A DNA stretch of 64,000 nucleotides from Octopus bimaculoides. Taxonomy: Eukaryota. Under the pieces are notes generated by a model, which was not told the DNA's origin, made no database searches, and saw only the letters and a list, made by a program, of their open reading frames with translations. Both the position numbers and the translations under genes were made by a program. Below, in pieces: positions 49,272-62,162 of the stretch. Within the stretch, counting starts at the first letter, position 1, and each line of letters opens with the position of its first letter. The stretch covers positions 118,818,431 through 118,882,430 of the forward strand of contig NC_068983.1 in NCBI RefSeq assembly GCF_001194135.2, read 5' to 3'.

Positions 49272-52200
49272 CATATGCATGCATACGCAGGACCATTTAA
49301 ATGTATCTGAAGAAAGAGAGATTAATAAGAAAGTAGTATCCAAGTGAAATACTTCTTAATTTCATTCTAGATAAAGATACAACAGGCTAACAACAAATTC
49401 TTGTGATCGGTCTTGTACTCCAGGAAATCCAAATCAAAATCCATCGGCAGTCAAATTTCTATAAACATGGTTCCAATGTCCAATATATATAGTATGTTTT
49501 TATCGAGTGGTACATAAAATAATGTGTTTTATACATCCATTTATTATAGGCTTACAGTTGTTTCAATTATGCGCTTGGGTGTGTTCATTGCCAAATATTA
49601 TCTATCAATCGATTGATCGACTGAAAATATTGAGACCCAATAGCCCAAATATATTTTCGTCAGAGCCAAAACAAATCTGATGCCAACGAAAAAGAAGAAA
49701 AGGTAAACGAGGGAATTTGGTCAATGTGGTATTTCTTATATAGAACTATTTTTAGATAATCAACCTTCAGCCATTCTTGGCTCTAGACACGGTTTAATAA
49801 TATTGACATCCAGTACAGAACTTTGATACCCTACAATTTCTAATGTCAGTGTCAGGCTGTTGGGAATTACTACTATATTTTGGGAGACGGTCAGGAAATA
49901 TATGCGAATATGCAAACCAAAAGGCAGTTATGTTTCAACATAGTTTCAACATTAAATATGAAAATCTATATATTTGTCACAACTTCGTATAATCATAAAC
50001 AATTACAAGTAATTGTTGAAGCAAGTGATCAGGAATTAGAAATAAACTATAACAAGTGAGGTAAGAATAACACTAAGATCACGTTACAATCCTGAATTAT
50101 TGGACTTTTGGTGCAGCTGCACTAAGATATAATCTTTAAAGAAGATGGTAATGTAAAATTGCTCCAGACCAAAGTGAAAATAAAAGTGGAGCAAAATAAA
50201 GATTGAAACCACAATAAAACAAAATCAAAAAGCATTAATATGAAAATGAAATTGAAAACCGAAATATAGGGTATAGGAAAATAAAATGGATGTCTTCTTA
50301 TCATCATAGAGAAGGGAAAGAGCATAAAAAATCTTCTACATTTCGAGCAATTAAGAAATTTGACAAAGCTAAATACGCTATTTTCTAAATATGCCATTGG
50401 ACTAGGAAGTTGCGTAGATGTTTCCTTATTCATGTGTTCAAATGGTTGATTATCGAAGGAATGATCGAAAAGTTTTCTGAAAAGAAAAAAATGATCAGTG
50501 GGGACATACTGTGTCCCTGGAAGATGCTTCCCTTGATTTTCACCTCTCCTAATACTTGATTCCCTGCTGTCAATTCCGTTCTCCAGCATTTGATACTATT
50601 CCATGTAAGGATTCTCATATTTTCTGCCACTCCATACATTTCCATTGTTTTTATTATCCAAGAGTGTGGTATCATATCGTATGTTTTACGATAATCAATT
50701 AAGACATGATTTTTCGTTCCCCGGCTCCTCTTTCGGCACCCTTTCTGTTCAATAGGTAGAAGCCCACTGCTTTCCAGGTATCTATACAGTTCATCGGCCG
50801 CCGCAAATTAGTATCCACATTAGCAGAAGGCACGTTATTGGTCTAAAGTTGGATGCAACATTTCCCCTTTTCAGGATCCTTGGCACACAACTCTTTCTCT
50901 TTGTCACCCAGCTGGGTACAGCGCTTTCTACAAGCACTCATCTAGCTGTTGCGCTATCCTTTCATGGAGCCCTCTCAGATTCTTCATCCAATAACCTTGG
51001 ACTCCTTTCGATCCTGGGCTCTTCCAATTTGGGAATTTATTCACTGATAATATATATGCATGCGCATGACCATATAAATGTATCACAGCAATGAGGGATT
51101 AATGAGATTAGTAATCTAAGCGAAATTCTTCTTAAACTCTCTCTGGATAAAGATATATCTGGCTAGTAAAACAGTCTTGTGAGCGGTCTTGTACATCAAG
51201 CAATCCAAATCAAAATCCATCACCAGTCAAATTTCTGCATACATCTATTTTCTTCAGAGCCAAAATAAATCGAATGTCAACGAAAAGGAAAGGTAAACGA
51301 GGGAATTTGGTCAATGTGGTATTTCTTATATAGAACTATTTTTATATAATCACCTTTAAACCATTGTTGGCTCGTCTATTTTTTTATATAATCACCTTTA
51401 AACCATTTTCAGCTCTAGACACGGTTGAATATTATTGACATCCAGTAAAGAAATTTGATACCCTACAATTTCTAATGGTCAGTCTCAGGCTGTAGGCAAG
51501 CACAACTATGGTGAATATCGGGGGATATATGCAACCATACAAACCAAAAGGTAGCTAGGTTTCTACATATTTTCAACCTGAAGTATGAAAATCTGTATAT
51601 TTGCCATGACTTGGTATTGGAGCCATGTATATAGAAATTTGACTGGAGATTGACTTTGATTTGGATTATCTGGAGTACAAACGCGATCACATAGCTCCAA
51701 TATTCATACGCATGACGATGTAAATATATTAGAACAAAGAGGGATTAATAAGAGATTAGTAATCCAAGTGAAATTCTTCTTAAATTCTCTCTAGATATAG
51801 ATACTAACAAAATTCTTGTGATCGGTCTTGGAATTTAGGTAATCCAAATCAAATACCATCGGCAGTCAAATTTTTAAATACATTGTCCCGGTACCCACTT
51901 TATAGTATATTTTTACTGAGGGATACATAAAATAGTGTGCTTTATACATTTATTTATTATAGTCTTACAACTGTTTCAGTTATGCGCTTGGGTGTTTTCA
52001 TGGCTCAATCTTATAAATAAATCGATTGTTCGATTGAAAATATTAGGAACCTATAGCTCAAATTTATTTTCGTCAGAGCCAAAACAAATCGAATGCCAAC
52101 GAAAAACAAGGAAAGGTAAACGAGGGAATTTGGTCTATGTGGTATTTCTTATATAGAACAATTTTTTTAGATAATCACTCTTAAGCCAGTGTTGGTTCAT

Positions 52201-52660
52201 CTGTCTTTAGACAATCAACCTTAAGCCATTGTCGGCTCTTGCCACGGTTGAATAATATCGGCATCCAGTAAAGAAATTTGATACCCTACTTCTAATGGCC
52301 AGAGTCAGGCTGTAGGTGGTTACCGCTGTATTTTGGGAGAATATCAAGGAATACGTGCAAATATACAAATCAAAAGGCAGCTAGGCTTCTACATAGTTTC
52401 AATCTGAAGTATGAAAATCTATATATTTGCCACAACTTCACATAATTAAAAACAGTTACAAGTAATGGTTGAACAAGTGATCAGGAATTAGAAATAAACA
52501 ATAGCAAGTAAGGTAACAATAACAGTAAGGCTGCATTATGATCCTAAATTATTGGGCTTTTGGTACAGCTGTACCAAAGATCGTAATGTAAAATTGCACC
52601 AGTATAGAGTGAAGATAAAACCGGAACAAAATAATGAAACAAAAATAAAACAAAGACAAC
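47300..52660. repeat. Diverged tandem duplication, 4 units (~47300-48800, ~48990-50490, partial ~51090-51610, ~51730-52660)
   Basis: Shared blocks such as GTAATGCATCTCCGAC, AATCCAAATCAAA, GGAATTTGG(T/C)(C/T)AATGTG and GTGATCAGGAATTAGAAATAAAC recur in collinear order. Confidence 0.85.
50490..51040 (-). mobile_element. R4/Dong-like LINE RT fragment
   Basis: SNFRPITCL; LIDYRKTYDMIPHSWIIKTMEMYGVAEN; CWRTELTAGNQVLGEVKIKGSIFQGHSMSPL. Confidence 0.82.
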
Positions 52661-52665
52661 AAGCA

Positions 52666-52799
52666 TCAGGAGTGTCTGTGTGGCAAGTAACTTGCTTACC
52701 AACCACATGACACCTTGAGCAAATGTCTTCCGCTATAGCCTTGGGCTGACCAAAGCCTTGTGAGTGGATTTGGTAGACAGAAACTCAAAGAAATTCGCC

Positions 52800-52842
<43 letters not shown>

Positions 52843-52850
52843 AATATAAT
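52666..52850 (+). mobile_element. SINE family C copy (deleted)
   Basis: CAGGAGTGTCTGTGTGGCAAGTAACTTGCTTACCAACCACATG...AAAGCCTTGTGAGTGGATTTGGTAGAC. Confidence 0.85.
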
Positions 52851-55034
52851 TAAGGGATCAGCAAATATTTGCTTCACCATATACCGAAGTTCAGAAATAG
52901 CAGCTAAAAAAGCTGAGAATCCCACAGATAGCATCACTTGTAACTCACAAAGGCAAAAACAAGAAGAAAAAACAATGAAAACTAACCAATTCCGATGTTT
53001 AACAGNNNNNNNNNNNNNNNNNNNNNNNNNNNNNNNNNNNNNNNNNNNNNNNNNNNNNNNNNNNNNNNNNNNNNNNNNNNNNNNNNNNNNNNNNNNNNNN
53101 NNNNNNNNNNNNNNNNNNNNNNNNNNNNNNNNNNNNNNNNNNNNNNNNNNNNNNNNNNNNNNNNNNNNNNNNNNNNNNNNNNNNNNNNNNNNNNNNNNNN
53201 NNNNNNNNNNNNNNNNNNNNNNNNNNNNNNNNNNNNNNNNNNNNNNNNNNNNNNNNNNNNNNNNNNNNNNNNNNNNNNNNNNNNNNNNNNNNNNNNNNNN
53301 NNNNNNNNNNNNNNNNNNNNNNNNNNNNNNNNNNNNNNNNNNNNNNNNNNNNNNNNNNNNNNNNNNNNNNNNNNNNNNNNNNNNNNNNNNNNNNNNNNNN
53401 NNNNNNNNNNNNNNNNNNNNNNNNNNNNNNNNNNNNNNNNNNNNNNNNNNNNNNNNNNNNNNNNNNNNNNNNNNNNNNNNNNNNNNNNNNNNNNNNNNNN
53501 NNNNNNNNNNNNNNNNNNNNNNNNNNNNNNNNNNNNNNNNNNNNNNNNNNNNNNNNNNNNNNNNNNNNNNNNNNNNNNNNNNNNNNNNNNNNNNNNNNNN
53601 NNNNNNNNNNNNNNNNNNNNNNNNNNNNNNNNNNNNNNNNNNNNNNNNNNNNNNNNNNNNNNNNNNNNNNNNNNNNNNNNNNNNNNNNNNNNNNNNNNNN
53701 NNNNNNNNNNNNNNNNNNNNNNNNNNNNNNNNNNNNNNNNNNNNNNNNNNNNNNNNNNNNNNNNNNNNNNNNNNNNNNNNNNNNNNNNNNNNNNNNNNNN
53801 NNNNNNNNNNNNNNNNNNNNNNNNNNNNNAAATTTAACGAAGGAAAACGAACACACGTGTTGCCTCTCTGCAAATGTCAGAAGTTATGGAGATTAAATAC
53901 GCTTTACACCGCTTAATCAGCCAAAGGAGTAAATGTAAACAACTGAATACTTGTCAGTGATTGGTTGAAATTATCGAAATAAGACAATTTTTTACATGAA
54001 ATAAATTCGAATACAAAAATATTTTTCTGTTCTATAACACAAAATAGATAAGTATATGAAGTTTGAAAGTCTTTCCGTACCAAAAACACTACGTAAAACA
54101 TTAATGAAAACTGTGGCCCCCGTTTTAAAATAGATCCCATTTCTTAAATTGGGGGGCAGAGGCGATCACACAACTTGTGTAAAGTGACGGAAAGGAGAGA
54201 AAAAAAATGCAGAATAGTTCGTTTAAAGTGTTGTGCTACAGAAATAGCTGATTTAATTCATATCTGGGATCTTAAATTTGTGGTTGATCGTTATATTTCA
54301 TGTAATTACTGTGTCAAGTTGGATCCGGGTTTTGTGTTTGTTCATACAGCTTACTTACATACTGTTACTTACGTACTATTAATGATGTCATAGAAAGGAG
54401 GTACTGCTCTCAATGTTTGTGAAGGACATTAAAAGTGACGAGTGATGCGGAGTCAGTTTTATTTACAAACGTAGTTTGCTTTCGAAGACTACATTTGCGT
54501 CATTGCTATTTTCTGTATCATTATGAGCAGCTGCATATCCCTTGTATATCACAATAATCTCACACTTTCATTGGTATAAGGCATCACTGTTCTTTGTGTA
54601 CATTCACTATCTTACGGATGTCATTCTCTTGTTATGCTTTCTCAGCATTTTTTGTTACTGACTTTTCTAGGTTAAGATCGTTTTTATGTATTTTGTTTTC
54701 TTTTATGTAACACAGATCGGCTTTAACTATAGAGAAAGAAGCGTTGTCTACCAGGACTGGCGTTTTAATTAAGGTGACCTTTAGAAACAATATAGAGATG
54801 ATAGGTCAGCAGGTAAATACAAAATGCCATTGCTACTGCAGCTCATATTTATGTTTGTGAAGGGGTGTTGGCAGGGAAGATTGTTAACAGTGGTGTTCTA
54901 TCGATGGTGGTGGTGGTGGTGGTGTAGATACATTGTTGATGTGAATGTATTGGCCATAATGGCGACAGCGCCGAGGAATTCTTCTTTAGGTCTAAATCTA
55001 TAAATAAAATATTAAACACAGTACAGGGAGCGTT

Positions 55035-55233
55035 TCTTCTTCTTCTTCTTCTTCTTCTTCTTCTTCTTCTTCTTCTTCTTCTTCTTCTTCTTCTTCTTCT
55101 TCTTCTTCTTCTTCTTCTTCTTCTTCTNNNNNNNNNNNNNNNNNNNNNNNNNNNNNNNNTCTCTCTTTCGTTTTTTCTCTCTCTCTTTCTTTCTCTCTCT
55201 CTCTTTCTCTGTCTGTCTATCTCTCTCTGTCTA

Positions 55234-55302
<69 letters not shown>

Positions 55303-55305
55303 CTT
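55035..55305. repeat. (CTT)n, CT-rich and (CTAT)n simple repeats
   Basis: Direct reading. Confidence 0.9.
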
Positions 55306-55712
55306 TCTCTCTTTTTTTTCTTTCTTTGAGAGAAATCGATTGTGTTCAGTGCTGGTGGTGGATGGACTCCGCTAGGTTTAAAATGCTTAAGAGATCTATA
55401 TTATGACGGCTACAATACGACTCCATCACAAACTGAAGGTAGAAGATTGACTGAAAAGAAAGAAGTACTACATTATCTAACACCTTTTTTTTTCATTTGA
55501 AAGACAACAGGATGTGATTTAAGGAATATTTTGGTTAATATTTCCAGCAGATTGAGCGATAACGTAGACGCTCACCTGGAGTTGAGGATGGAGATAGAAC
55601 TATTGTTGGATACTTGCTATTGTTTCAACTTCTGTATGCCGTGAGGCGTCATAAGCAGCATGTCAACTTCACATATTGAATTACGCTGTCATTTTAGGGA
55701 AACTCATCCTTC

Positions 55713-55760
<48 letters not shown>

Positions 55761-55770
55761 NNNNNNNNNN

Positions 55771-55808
<38 letters not shown>

Positions 55809-55822
55809 CCTCTCTCTCTCTC

Positions 55823-55855
<33 letters not shown>

Positions 55856-57082
55856 AACCTAAACCATTATATATGTTCAACCACCAGAGTTATTTAAAAA
55901 AAACATTCGGTAATTATACCGTACGCTTACTAATTGCAATTATAGTCGATGGCACTTTGCGGTATTTAACTATATTTAATGTGGTCAAGTCATTCCAGAT
56001 TAAATTGATCCGGTAAAAGGAAGTTTGTGCAGCGCATATAAGACCAGATGCAAATCTTCAGCTTTTCAAGTCTTCAACTTGATACGCCATGTTACTAGAT
56101 GTGATAGTGTGAGAAACTCTAGACTCCAGGAAGACAGCATGTAGCAAATACCTCTGTACCGTGATAGCCAAACTGTTAAAACTCTTATCGAAAAACTGTG
56201 TAATTATCAGAGACATTCACAAATTTACGCCATTTGCTTGTAAAAATCATGTACTACAGACATTTCTTACTTTATCTGTTTATCTCTAAGGTTGATATCT
56301 TTCTTTAATCCTTGCATATTCCAAGTTTTGAGTTTTCGAAGCTAAACTTTGACATTCTCAATAAATATATCAGTATTTTGCAAACTTTAAAACGGTCACA
56401 ACNNNNNNNNNNNNNNNNNNNNNNNNNNNNNNNNNNNNNNNNNNNNNNNNNNNNNNNNNNNNNNNNNNNNNNNNNNNNNNNNNNNNNNNNNNNNNNNNNN
56501 NNNNNNNNNNNNNNNNNNNNNNNNNNNNNNNNNNNNNNNNNNNNNNNNNNNNNNNNNNNNNNNNNNNNCCACCACCATCATCATCATCATTTCTTTTTAT
56601 CACCGGTTTTGTTGGAGCTCCTGGAGTCTTACATGCGTTGAGGGCTTGCTATCTGCAATCTCCGGTTCCATGCTATCCATTCTTTTCAGATATCTAATAA
56701 TTTCCTGATTATTCTGGCTGTGCCAAGGAGGCAAACCTTTTGTAACAGTTCTACTGAGTACTCTGTTCCAATTTCCTTTATATTCCCCTTTATACCTTTT
56801 GATACTGTTCTCAAGGATCCAACAATAATTGACACTACCTTCGCCTTCTTCATTTTCCATAGCTGGGCTATTTCGTACTTAAGCGGTTTATTATTATTAT
56901 TGTGTTGTTTTTCTTCTTCTTTCTTCTTTCTTCAAGTTTTCTTCCATTTCTCGTCGAGTGTTTTCCGTACACCTAGGGCAGAGAAGCTCATTGTATGCAT
57001 TCCCAGATTACACATGCAAATTCACAGGTAAAATATGTATTTAAAAAAATTACTAAATAAATTAATTCATGAATGGATGGTG

Positions 57083-57345
57083 TTTTCACAGCGATAATGC
57101 TCTTCTCAGTACATGAGTCGTTCCAGATAACACGATTTTTTGCCCTTCCTGTAGGGATGGTAAGCCTGGTATCATTGTCAAATAGGTCTCAATACCTTTT
57201 TGTATCATTCCTAGAGATCCTACAATCACTGGTACGGTAGTCGCCTTGAGATGCCACATTTTATCAATTTTTATTACCAAGTCGTTATATTTACTGATCT
57301 TGTCAAATTATTTCGCCGCTATATTATGATACCAAGGAATACTCA
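57083..57345 (-). mobile_element. R4/Dong-like LINE C-terminal restriction-like endonuclease fragment
   Basis: DMSIP...DKISKYNDLVIKIDKMWHLKATTVPVIVGSLG...LSGTTHVLRRALSL*. Confidence 0.8.
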
Positions 57346-57373
57346 TGTCAACTAATAAACATTATTATAATTA

Positions 57374-57444
<71 letters not shown>

Positions 57445-57572
57445 CTCCACAACTGTTTTGTCGTCAATGTTGCACTTTCCCGTATCACCTGTTTCAACAT
57501 AGCTGTAATATATATATATATATACACAAACTATACTATTTTAAGCCCGAACAACGCCGGGTATCTCTGCTA

Positions 57573-57619
<47 letters not shown>

Positions 57620-57620
<1 letters not shown>

Positions 57621-58517
57621 GTAGTCTGATCAATAAGTATCCGGACTATTACCATAGTAACGAAACTAAAGCACGCAAAGTAAAGCCGCTTCGCACAGGC
57701 TGACATTGAACTCTGCTGTACATGCGCACTAAATTTTAGCGTTCTAGCTCACTTCCGCTGTTTACAGCAGTGCTTGAAAATAGCGTGTGTAACGTGTTAT
57801 CATCGTATTCCCCGTAAGAGAGAAAGTTGACCAGAGAATCTGCTTCTAATTTCGTCAAAAGCTTAGCAGTACCTGCTCAGAGGCCTACGCAAAGTTATCA
57901 AAAAGTTTTCACCGTTCTCGACTCAGTCAAGGAGATCTTGTGCAACAGAAAGCTGAATGTCTCTTTGGTCAGCTGAAAGCAGCTTTGGCACAAGTGTTGG
58001 CAGATATGCGTCTCATACCTAAATCTTCAGTGATAATGGACTGAACTGAACTGAACTGTAACTAATCTGCACATCCTCTGATAACTTACAGATGGCGGTT
58101 CGACCATTTCCCCTCATAACTGCATGCACATCTGCGATGTTTTTCTCAGTTCTGCGGGTTGCTCGTCTCCGAGAACGTTCGTCACTCTCGACATTTTTTT
58201 CGGCCATTTTGGAAACGTCTGAACCCCTCGTACATTTGAATGGATGCACTCCTCTCTATCCACTTTCTGCAATTTTGCGTTGGCCTCTCACTAGGTATCG
58301 CCATGACAACTTTTTTCTGTTATGGTCAATGCGACGATCACACGTTACAGACAATATTTCCAAGCACTGCTGTAAACAGGGGAAGTGAGCTAGAACGTTA
58401 AAAGTTAGTGTGCGTGCACAACGGAGATCAAGGTCAAACTGTACCAAGCAACTGCACTCTGTATGCTTTAGCTTTCTTACTATGACAACAGTCCGGATAC
58501 TTATTGATCAGACCTTG
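57620..58517. mobile_element. Mariner element composed of two inward-facing 5' ends, with TA TSD
   Basis: TIRs CGTAGTCTGATCAATAAGTATCCGGACT and AGTCCGGATACTTATTGATCAGACCTTG flanked by TA; transposase N-terminal remnants on + (~57815-57910) and on - (~58330-57915). Confidence 0.85.
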
Positions 58518-59729
58518 TATATATGTAAATATACATATATATACATACATACACATGTGTGTGTTTGTGTGTGCGTGTGTGTGGTTGTATGTGGTGGGGC
58601 GTGTATATATTACTGTAACTATTCATTTAAAACCCAGTAATATAGCTGTACTAAGGAATGAGTTAAAAATCACAAAAGTTATATTTAATTCTTTAGTGTT
58701 GTAATTTCATACTGTGGAAGACCTTCATGAATTCAGAATGTAAACATAATATTTCTCAGATATTATTTATCAATTAATTTCATTTATCCCTCCGGAGTTG
58801 ACAGCATAAGTACCAGTAATAACCACCCGTACCTTTTATGTATGCATGTATGTATGTATATATGTATGTATGTATTTATGCGCCTGTGTGTATATATATA
58901 TATATATGTATACATATATATATATATATATATTTATGATTACACACACATACACACACACACATATAGACACATGTATGTAAGTATGTATATATGTCTT
59001 AATGTATGTTTTCATGTATGTATGTATGTATGCATTTACGTATGTATATGTTATATGTTTGTATGTATGAACACATGAGTTGTGGTAACGTAATAAATCA
59101 TTAATTAGGCAAATCAACGAAGGAGTCTCTACGATGTCAGTTGATCTGACATCACACTACGCTGTCTTGGAGGAAGAGTGGATTTAGTCCCTGATACACT
59201 GTGTTTAAAAGACGGGAAAAATGAAAGATGAATAGGAAAGGAAATGGAATTGGGATTGTCATGGCCAGAACTCCATGGGAATCGTAATTATGAGTTTTAT
59301 AAATTTCAATCAATATACATCATACACATGCTATGCATCATTGCCAAAATGATAATTTCGAGTTCTCAGATGGGATTGTTGTGAATCTGTTCTTAGCGAT
59401 GTCCTCTACGTTGAACATGGTATATGCATTGAATTTGACTTGCCGCTTTTATTCCGACAGTGTACATTACGCTATCGCCTGTATAACTTATTCAGAAGTG
59501 ACGTATATATTGTTAGATACTTTACATAGCTGAGACCAAATACTAAACAACCAAAATGAAAGTTTTTACCTCGCTCTCACATGAGTTGTTTTAGTATTTA
59601 AACTTAGTTTATTAAGATCAATCTTGAAGAAGCATTGAAAACTGATATAGCAGTACCATTCTATCAAATTTATAAAGTGGTGTAATAAATCTGTATATCA
59701 TTCATACTTTAAGCGAATAAGAGATATTA

Positions 59730-59943
59730 TTTTCTGCTCTAGGTACAAGGCCCGAAATTTCTGGAGCGGGAGTCAGTCGATTAGATCGACCTCAGTACGC
59801 AACTGGTACTTAATTTATCGAGCCCGAAAGGATGAAAGGCAAAGTCGACCTCAGCGGAATTTGAACTCAAAACGTAAAAACAGACGAAATACCGCTAAGC
59901 ATTTCGTCAGGCGTGCAAACGTTTCTGCCAGTTCACCGCCTTA
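59730..59943 (-). mobile_element. Full-length SINE family A with 15-bp TSD
   Basis: GAATAAGAGATATTA (59715-59729) and GAATGAGAGATATTA (59944-59958). Confidence 0.92.
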
Positions 59944-62162
59944 GAATGAGAGATATTAACAACTCGAAGGCTTTAGAATTTAAAATTGACTGGCTGCAAA
60001 CTGTAAGGATCAACTTCTACTGGAAAAGTGGCCACTAGCACATAATCCCTTGAAGATTAGATTAGAGATTTGGAAAGTGTCTTTCGAAGAAGCTTACCAG
60101 AGATATTTTTCACACACCTTATGACTGTCACTAGTGTTATGTATTTGTTTCACGTATCATTCGAATATGTGATATCATCCATATGTAAAAAAAAAACTTA
60201 TGTCTTCATATAGTAACCGGGTTTACTACAGTATTACTGGGGCTGTAGCGTAACATTTTTTTGTCGTTGAAGTGTGCTTGAAAGGTAAGAAAAATCTTGA
60301 AGGTAAGCCAGCGGCCACCAGCAGATTTTCTTGTCAGAATAAAAACATTCACTTTTACTGTTTAGTTGGAATCAGTAGCTCACAAACGGTAACCATTCGA
60401 GGAAACATATGTGTAAACAATGCAATTCTTCAAAACAGCACATTCAATACGTTCACAAAGCTTGGTGAATGCCAAAACATTATCAGGCAATGTCAATTTC
60501 TGCGCATAGTTAATGTAAGTAGTTCTCTTACATTGCAACTAAGAATAAAACATGGCTATTTGATTACATTGGTTCGTAGTATTGAAGCAGTTTGTTTCTG
60601 ATTCATGGTTTCTTTTTGGCCAGTAAAAGTGATTTATACGTTTTCTTTTTACTCTTTCATTGAATTGCTTGAAAAAATCTGATGTATTTCCAAAGAAAAT
60701 AAACAACAACGTTAACAGTTAAAGGCATACTGTCGCTGGTTTTAAAAGAAATTCTTTACATATAATAGTTTTGTTGATAAAAACTAATTACTAGAATAAG
60801 GATTTTCTCATAGCATATCAAATTCCTTGCGGAATGGTTTGAATAAGATCAATAATTCAATAGATAGAACTTCGATAAGAAAAACAAACTATTTTCATCT
60901 TTGTAAGTTGATCCATTTGAAATTTTTAGCAAAAGTATAAAGTTTCCACCTGAAAGCGAACAACTTCCTTAAGTCTAACAACAAAGCATTAAATCTTAGA
61001 GTGTGAGAAGGAACACATCAAGAAGCACTCTGCTGTTGATATTGTTTACATAATTTGATCTCCAGATAGTGGCACACAAACATATGTTTCTTAAATGTAT
61101 AACAGGCGATGAAGCAAAGAATTTCGAGTAAATCTACAATGCTAATACACTTTGTTATCAGATTAACCAAACTAAAATTGTTTTTTTTCTGAGGACCAAA
61201 TTCCCATCTGCTGCTAGCAATATTTGTTCTGAAACAGTACTAATTAACACAGTTGAGAAATTAATGCAACAAAACTTTAAAGTTGTTAACATTTTGAGAC
61301 AGGGTTGAATATTTTTTATAAATGTGGTGATCATATTGATTGCTTTTCAGAGGGTATGAGATCAGTTTTTGTAGATCAGGGTATAATCGACTCAGCCGAA
61401 TCAATATACTGCTGGTATATATACTGTATATCGCAAAGACGTTGATTATTTTTCTTGAGATGTGTGATCAATTTTTGTAGAAAAGGGTATAGTCAACTAA
61501 ATTGAGTCAATATACATTATACACACTAAAGACATGAAAGATGTAGTCAAATTAAACCTCTAGACATAAGATAACGAATTTAGATGCTACTTGATATCTG
61601 TTGTCTTCCCAAATCATTTAGGGAAAGTTTCGAAGCAATATTAGTCAATGACTAATATTGTTTTTTTCTTGACTGCATACATTTTTAAATAGATAACTTT
61701 TTATTCATGCATTAAACATTAGCACCTATAATATATTGAATGTCCAGTATATAATTTGGTTGATTCGACGACATAAGCACTAGTTATGAGGTCGATTTAA
61801 TCAACCATAATCTTTCCTAAGTCGCTGGAGGTGCATATTTGTCAGCGTGTATAACGTTATATTGTATATTTATACGTGACTTTAGGATATAAATATCAAT
61901 TTGGAAATAATACATTTCTAAATTTCTCAGAGAGATTTATACAGTAGTAACACGATAAGGTGGTGGTATGTTGTCAACTTAATGTGACAGTCCCATGAAA
62001 GGGAAAAATACTACTGCTATTTAGCCCTAGGAAGCACCGCTTCCTGTCGGCCTTTCCTGTGTCCTTATGTTTATAAAAGGGGAGATAAGCACCTCCACCC
62101 AGCAAAGCCAGCATCCAGAGACTAGTTTCTTAGTCATTGCTCGTCATCAGCCTGCTAGCTGA

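Noticed and set aside
60270-61270. Possible hAT transposase remnant
   Set aside because: Only vague motif resemblance; cannot be supported without a profile search.
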